From a virus: a DNA stretch of 62,690 nt. The stretch is from the IMG/VR virus record IMGVR_UViG_3300048915_000098, positions 1 through 62,690 of that record. One strand, 5' to 3'. The notes under the pieces were generated by a model. It ran no database searches and was not told the origin of the DNA. It saw nothing but the letters and a program-made list of their open reading frames with translations. Positions 58,344-62,690 of this stretch are shown here, one piece after another (position 1 is the first letter of the stretch; each line of letters opens with the position of its first letter). The position numbers were made by a program, and so were the translations under genes.

Positions 58344-59569
58344 GGCAGTTCCACCGTCTCGCCCAGCTTCGAAGCGACGTAGGCGCGCATGGCGGCGACG
58401 AGGTACGTTCGACCCGTTTGCTCATGCTCGCCGCTGATGTTCGTGTCGCTGTCTATGTCCCAGCGCCCGACACAAGCGCGGAACCCTTCGCGGTTGCGTT
58501 CGCTCACGTTCTCACCCCAGGAAATCCACGTCTTCTCGACAGCGACTCCCTCGCGATCGAGGATCGGGCCGCCCTGCTCCCATGCGGTCGACGGACACCA
58601 GTCGAAGCGGCCATCCCCTGCGCGGGCCGGGCCGAGCACGCAGGCTTCCGCGCGGTCGCCGTCGCCCGGGTCGATCCAAAACGACGGGAATCCCTCCGCC
58701 TTGGCGACGGCAGCGTCCAGCAGCGCGCCAGTCAGCTCGGCGACCTTGTGAGTGGACATCCTCATTCCTCCTTCGCCCAGCTCGTCACGATCAGTCGAGG
58801 CCTGTCGGCTCAGCATCGCCACCTCCTGCGGCACCCCTGCACCAGCAGAAGGGTGGATCACGCCGAGCGCGCGAATGGTCGTCGGCGTCTTGACCGTCCC
58901 GGCGTCCGCTTTGGCTGCAGCCAACGTGTCGCGCGCCGGGAACATCGGCGCATCGGTGAAGACCGAGCAGACCTGCCACGCCACTGCCTTCTGCGCTTCG
59001 CTGGGGGATGCGCTGGCCGCAACGTCGGCGAATAGGCGCTTGAACTCGTCGACCGACGGCACGATGGGCACCCGATGGCCGCTGTCCAGGCCCAACGCGT
59101 TGCTGATAGCGAGGATCCAGTCGCGATCACGCTCGGCCGTAGGCTTGGCCTCGACTGCGGGAGCATCGATGCGCACGAAGCGTCCGTCGTCGAACTCGCT
59201 CGCGACTCGGTCCCACAGGACGCCGGTCGCGCTGCGATAGATCACCCGGGAAAGCTCGGGGTTTGCCTCGTCGATCGCACGGCAGATCAACTCGTACTCG
59301 CCGCCCGACTTGACGTGGCGGTAGAACTGGCGCTCCTCCACCGGGCTATCTGCCCTACTGGCGAGGTCGCGGAGGCGGTCGATGGTGGAGGAAAGCTGTG
59401 CGAGCTGTTCGCGCGCTTGCTTGTCGTACTTCTCCTGCTGCTTCCACGAGTCGCGCTCGTCGGCCACGCCTTGGCTGTAGGCGCTGCTGCTCAACTGGCG
59501 AGCCAGCCGATTCGCCTCCTCCGCCAGCCTCGCCGCTTCGGCGTCTTGTGGGGTAGTGTTGGGGGTCAT
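58340..59569 (-). CDS. Multidomain protein with DUF1653-like and NinX/DUF2591-like modules (409 aa)
   Basis: FYRHVKSGGEYELICRAIDEANPELSRVIYRSATGVLWDRVASEFDDGRFVRI is DUF1653-like. KVAELTGALLDAAVAKAEGF...WCPSTAWEQGGPILDREGV is NinX-like. Confidence 0.7.
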   Translation of the reverse strand: MTPNTTPQDAEAARLAEEANRLARQLSSSAYSQGVADERDSWKQQEKYDKQAREQLAQLSSTIDRLRDLASRADSPVEERQFYRHVKSGGEYELICRAIDEANPELSRVIYRSATGVLWDRVASEFDDGRFVRIDAPAVEAKPTAERDRDWILAISNALGLDSGHRVPIVPSVDEFKRLFADVAASASPSEAQKAVAWQVCSVFTDAPMFPARDTLAAAKADAGTVKTPTTIRALGVIHPSAGAGVPQEVAMLSRQASTDRDELGEGGMRMSTHKVAELTGALLDAAVAKAEGFPSFWIDPGDGDRAEACVLGPARAGDGRFDWCPSTAWEQGGPILDREGVAVEKTWISWGENVSERNREGFRACVGRWDIDSDTNISGEHEQTGRTYLVAAMRAYVASKLGETVELP

Positions 59570-60339
59570 GCATACTCCAGTTGCAATTGCGGTTCAGGCT
59601 CAGGCTCGTCGGGGATCACGACGGAGAAGTCCCAGCGCGGCGGCGAGTTGTTGGCAGGGTTCTCGATGCGCTCGCGCATGACCGCAGCGCGGCCTTCCTT
59701 GGTGGAAGGAAGGTAGACGCCATTGGCCCAATTGACGTCCTTGCCGATGTTCTGGCCGATGTTCGTGCTGTCGACGCTGGCGAACGGGAATCGCGACGAA
59801 ATGGCCCCATCCAGCATCCGCAGACCGTGGAACTTGCAGAGCGGATACCCGTCCTCGTCACATGCGACCTGCATCGCCTGGGCCATACGTTGCCACCATG
59901 CAGGGGTTTTCAGCTTGGCAAACTCCCCCGAGCTGCCGAAACACACGCGCGGCCACTCACGCACCAGCCGTTGCAACCGACCGAGCGATTCGTGAAGGTG
60001 CCACACCGGCGCGCCAAAGTTCTTCCCCAGCGGCCACGCGGCCAGCAGCGCGTCGTTCTGTTCCTCGTCGCCATCGATAACGTCTGGAACGACTGCGAAG
60101 TCGCATGACGGGATGCGTCGGCATTCCGCTGCCCAATCGTAGAACGGCTTCCAGTCTGTGATCGGCTTGCCTTTGCGCCAGGCGCTGAACGCCCCGTTGT
60201 CCAGCGCGAAGGATTGGCAGACCGAGATGGCCAACGGTAGCTGCCGGTAGTCGGAGAACGGGACGAACGCGTGGCCGCGTGCTATTGCAACGACAGCCGC
60301 GGTTTCAGGCGTGATAGGCAAGCCTTCGTACGGAATCAC
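59566..60339 (-). CDS. TGT-fold / DpdA-like DNA transglycosylase candidate (257 aa)
   Basis: The CDS itself is solid. The family call is tentative. It rests on FALDNGAFSAWRKGKPITDWKPFYDW, VVPDVIDGD, VCFGSSGEF, KFHGLRML and FASVDSTNIG, which resemble DpdA/TGT motif order (DSGAF ... HGLG ... SxDS). Confidence 0.45.
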   Translation of the reverse strand: MIPYEGLPITPETAAVVAIARGHAFVPFSDYRQLPLAISVCQSFALDNGAFSAWRKGKPITDWKPFYDWAAECRRIPSCDFAVVPDVIDGDEEQNDALLAAWPLGKNFGAPVWHLHESLGRLQRLVREWPRVCFGSSGEFAKLKTPAWWQRMAQAMQVACDEDGYPLCKFHGLRMLDGAISSRFPFASVDSTNIGQNIGKDVNWANGVYLPSTKEGRAAVMRERIENPANNSPPRWDFSVVIPDEPEPEPQLQLEYA

Positions 60340-61262
60340 GCACTACCCTCCATGCGCTCGCTCACCTCGCCCGCCTTCAGCCACGGCTCAGCAAGCACCA
60401 GTCGGCGCGTGCGATCAGCGGCGATAGCAGCACGCGCCATCTTCAGGTGCGGCGTGGCGACATGCGGATAGACCTTCAGCAGCAAGGCCGTCAACTCGCT
60501 GTCCGTCATGTCCACCTGCGCCCCCATGACTCCCTGCACGCTCGCCGATGCAGCCCGCGCAATCGCGGCATTGACGGGTTGGAGCGTGAAGCTGTCGATG
60601 CGCCCAGCCGGCACCAACCTGTCGTCGAGCAGGCCCTGCACGATGTCGCGCAGTTCGGTCAACGCTTCCAGCAGCTCGCCGCTCGCCAATGCAGTCGAGC
60701 CCGCACGGGGTGGCTGCTCGTAGGTGTCGATGAGTCGGCAAATGTTGGAATGAACGTCCGATGCGTGGGCATAGCGTTCGTCTTCCAGAGCATCGGCGTA
60801 CTCACTGATCGCTCGCTTCAGCTCAGACTTCCACGCCACCGGCTCTCCCGCCACTGCATCGACAGCCTGGATGGGAGCGGCTGAGGGGAGGCGCATCCAG
60901 CCCACGCAGTCCTTTTGGTTGCGCGGGATGCAGGTTCCGGCGTCAGGCATCCAGCCCTCGCGCGGGCAGCCGGCGATCTTGAGGCGCGGACTGTCCTCGG
61001 CCGAGGCCCACGCTCCGATGCAGATCCACTCCGATTGACCGCTGACCCATCGGAGCAGCACCCGCTTGATCGGATTCTTCGGCGCCGTCTCGATGGGCTG
61101 CCACATCCCTTGGGCAGTCGCATTGAGGGCGCGGTCGGCCATGACGGCGGCGCGGGCGTAGGCTTCGATCTCTTCGCGAACCATTTTGGGGTGCGGAATG
61201 TCCTCGGTGGCGAGAAGCAGATCAACAGGCAGCGGTTGGAGGGTGATGGGCTTGTCGGTCAT
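60336..61262 (-). CDS. DUF551-containing protein (308 aa)
   Basis: WQPIETAPKNPIKRVLLRW...WICIGAW...GWMRLP is the DUF551 signature. Confidence 0.7.
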   Translation of the reverse strand: MTDKPITLQPLPVDLLLATEDIPHPKMVREEIEAYARAAVMADRALNATAQGMWQPIETAPKNPIKRVLLRWVSGQSEWICIGAWASAEDSPRLKIAGCPREGWMPDAGTCIPRNQKDCVGWMRLPSAAPIQAVDAVAGEPVAWKSELKRAISEYADALEDERYAHASDVHSNICRLIDTYEQPPRAGSTALASGELLEALTELRDIVQGLLDDRLVPAGRIDSFTLQPVNAAIARAASASVQGVMGAQVDMTDSELTALLLKVYPHVATPHLKMARAAIAADRTRRLVLAEPWLKAGEVSERMEGSA

Positions 61263-61267
61263 GGTGG

Positions 61268-61598
61268 TCAGTCCTTGGGGTTCAGAGCGGCGCGGGCTTG
61301 ACCAACAGCGGACAGGCCGCGTTCGATCATTTCGTCCGGATAGTGGTAGTCGCGGTCGATCTCGATGAGGCTGATCCGGCGCAGTGCCTCCCGCAGTCGA
61401 TGCAATTCAGCATCCTTTTCAGCGAGGAGGCGAGAGGCGTCGTCGGCCCAAACGACCTGTCGGTATTGCCTGTCCGGTGCGAGGTAAGCATTGCGCTGTT
61501 CTGCGACTTGTCGGTCGTCGGTGAAAGCGCCGGACGGCGCTCACCCATGCCACCGTCTGAAGTTCCGCCCCGCTGGCGTTATCGGGTGCTTTGCTCAT
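61268..61598 (-). pseudogene. Frameshifted small gene (needs a +1 shift at a T3 run, 61524..61526)
   Basis: ATG 61598 gives MSKAPDNASGAELQTVAWVSAVRRF with good GC3, after which the frame decays. The +1 frame continues TDDRQVAEQRNAYLAPDRQYRQVVWADDASRLLAEKDAELHRLREALRRISLIEIDRDYHYPDEMIERGLSAVGQARAALNPKD to the stop at 61268. Confidence 0.55.
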
Positions 61599-61771
61599 GA
61601 TGCGAGTTCCTTGGTGGTGGCCTGGCGAATTCCGTAGAACCGGACGAATCGCTGCCATGCCTCGAACGCCAATAGCGGCGACTCGCCCTGCCCGAAGCCG
61701 CCCCCGCCGAAGCAAACCCAGACGCGCGAGCCGTAGGGACAGTAGCCGCTCTTTCGAATGCGTGGCTTCAT
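61595..61771 (-). CDS. Small hypothetical protein (58 aa, below the track cutoff)
   Basis: My translation: MKPRIRKSGYCPYGSRVWVCFGGGGFGQGESPLLAFEAWQRFVRFYGIRQATTKELAS. ATGA overlaps at both ends. Confidence 0.5.
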   Translation of the reverse strand: MKPRIRKSGYCPYGSRVWVCFGGGGFGQGESPLLAFEAWQRFVRFYGIRQATTKELAS

Positions 61772-62425
61772 GATGCGAGTCCTATGGCGACAAGTTTGGC
61801 GATGTTGATGAGTACGTCCCTGAATTCGGGGGGTGTGGCATTGCGGATTCGGGTCTTGTTCTTGCCGCCGACCATCGCGACGACACCGATGCGCCGGGCC
61901 TTCTCATAGCCGTAGCGCTCCACCATCCAGTCGGGCAAGCGCTGCGCTCCGCGCGACCAGTTCAGCTCGGGTAGATCGCGCTTCTGCATGCCGCACGCAA
62001 TCAGCCAGGTGGGTTTGCGGCTGCTGTGACCGTAGTGACCCTGCTCGACGTAGCAGACCCATACCCCGTGCTCTCGGTCGAACTCCCACCCGGCGCCTTG
62101 CTTGGGCTTGAGGATGCCGAATGCGTCCCACGCCTTGCTGTGCGCCGGATGTTCCAACACGCCACCGAAGCGCTTCAGGGCTTTGAATGCTGCCTCGAAG
62201 CATCCACCGTCGTCGCCGAGTTTGAACTGGTGCGGCTTGCGCGTGCTGCCGTGCCAGAAGCGGCCCCAGCGTTGACACGGTGAAGTGGCAAATCACTGGA
62301 TGCGGGCCGGCGTACTTGCGCGCATCCCGCACCTCGTCCCACGGGTCGACGCCAGTCAGGCCGAAGTAGGCGCCGCCCGTCTCGACGTACAGAGCAGCGA
62401 TTTGCGCTCCCTCGCTCATATTCAT
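61768..62425 (-). pseudogene. Frameshifted gene (needs a +1 shift near the T3 run at 62290..62292); compact C5-methyltransferase-like motif order
   Basis: The frame from ATG 62425 gives MNMSEGAQIAALYVETGGAYFGLTGVDPWDEVRDARKYAGPHPVI. The +1 frame continues ATSPCQRWGRFWHGSTRKPHQFKLGDDGGCFEAAFKALKRFGGVLEHPAHSKAWD...TRIRNATPPEFRDVLINIA to the stop at 61768. Confidence 0.55.
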
Positions 62426-62464
62426 TTCCTTTCCCCTATCGGGATGGGCTCTTGTGGGAGAGGG

Positions 62465-62690
62465 TCAGGCGGCCTTGGCTTCCGAGGGTGCCTCGAACCA
62501 GAGCGACGCGAGGTACGCGACGCCAGCCGCCTTGTGCTCGTGCTTGGGCGCCCACGAGCCCTGGATCGCGGCCAGATGGCGCATCGCGGTCTTGACATCG
62601 ATGCCGGGCTTCGGCACCGGGTAGCCCTTGAGTCCGCTGAAGAACCAGTCCGACTGCCACTGAGTCCACTTGTTGCCGTTGTGCCGCTTG
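62465..62690 (-). CDS. 3' part of the wrap-around gene (see 1..231)
   Basis: In-frame continuation ...AMRHLAAIQGSWAPKHEHKAAGVAYLASLWFEAPSEAKAA, with the stop (tca) at 62465..62467. Confidence 0.7.
   Translation of the reverse strand, partial: KRHNGNKWTQWQSDWFFSGLKGYPVPKPGIDVKTAMRHLAAIQGSWAPKHEHKAAGVAYLASLWFEAPSEAKAA
62570..62690. repeat. Terminal direct repeat, right copy (identical to 1..121)
   Basis: See the left copy. Confidence 0.95.

Noticed and set aside
61500-62300. A shared recoding motif (TTCACCG) at both frameshift sites
   Set aside because: The heptamer lies in different reading-frame registers at the two sites. There is no stop codon or SD-like stimulator as in prfB-type +1 sites, so coincidence or indel error is more likely.

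Overview
The window is a complete, high-GC temperate phage genome. Positions 1..121 are identical to 62570..62690, a 121-bp terminal direct repeat or assembly overlap. The unique length is therefore about 62,569 bp, and one minus-strand gene reads through the junction.

Layout:
- (i) A leftward early operon runs 8314 down to 1 and wraps to 62690 down to about 57700. It carries RecT, a PD-(D/E)XK exonuclease, a KTSC protein, many small unknowns, a DUF551-like protein, a TGT/DpdA-like protein, and a DUF1653/NinX-like fusion. Two adjacent genes in it are each broken by a +1 frameshift.
- (ii) The immunity region (8355..10034) holds an S24/LexA-type cI-like repressor co-transcribed with a lipoprotein moron, a Cro/YdaS-like gene, and repeated AAGCG-N3-CGCTT operator-like palindromes placed identically in two divergent promoters.
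- (iii) A rightward early operon (9759..21403) carries a T5orf172 protein, an RHH protein, a lambda-type Ser/Thr phosphatase, a 655-aa C5 DNA methyltransferase with a seven-fold repeated target-recognition-like module, and a replication organiser with internal iterons. It continues with an HNH endonuclease, NinB, NinG, a mini Ntn/proteasome-beta-like protein, a zinc-finger protein, Xis and a tyrosine integrase, followed by an AT-rich attP.
- (iv) A roughly 35-kb minus-strand late operon (57680 down to 22019) starts with a lysis cassette: holin-like protein, DUF5675-type peptidase and overlapped spanins. It then carries TerS, TerL, portal, scaffold, an N4-gp56-type major capsid protein and tail/fibre genes.
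- The late operon also contains a visibly lower-GC cassette (SGNH esterase, clan GH-A-like glycosidase, and a plus-strand PEP-CTERM secreted protein), an HNH-AP2 homing endonuclease, a GNAT and three internal-virion-like proteins.
- The late operon ends with a 2,432-aa polyvalent protein carrying pyrophosphatase-like, ART-like, HExxH and PRTase-like modules.

The gene order resembles Bcep22-like temperate podoviruses; this is inference, not a search result. All family names were recognised by eye from motifs. No database search, GC calculation or structure prediction was run. No rRNA, tRNA, CRISPR array or transposase was seen.
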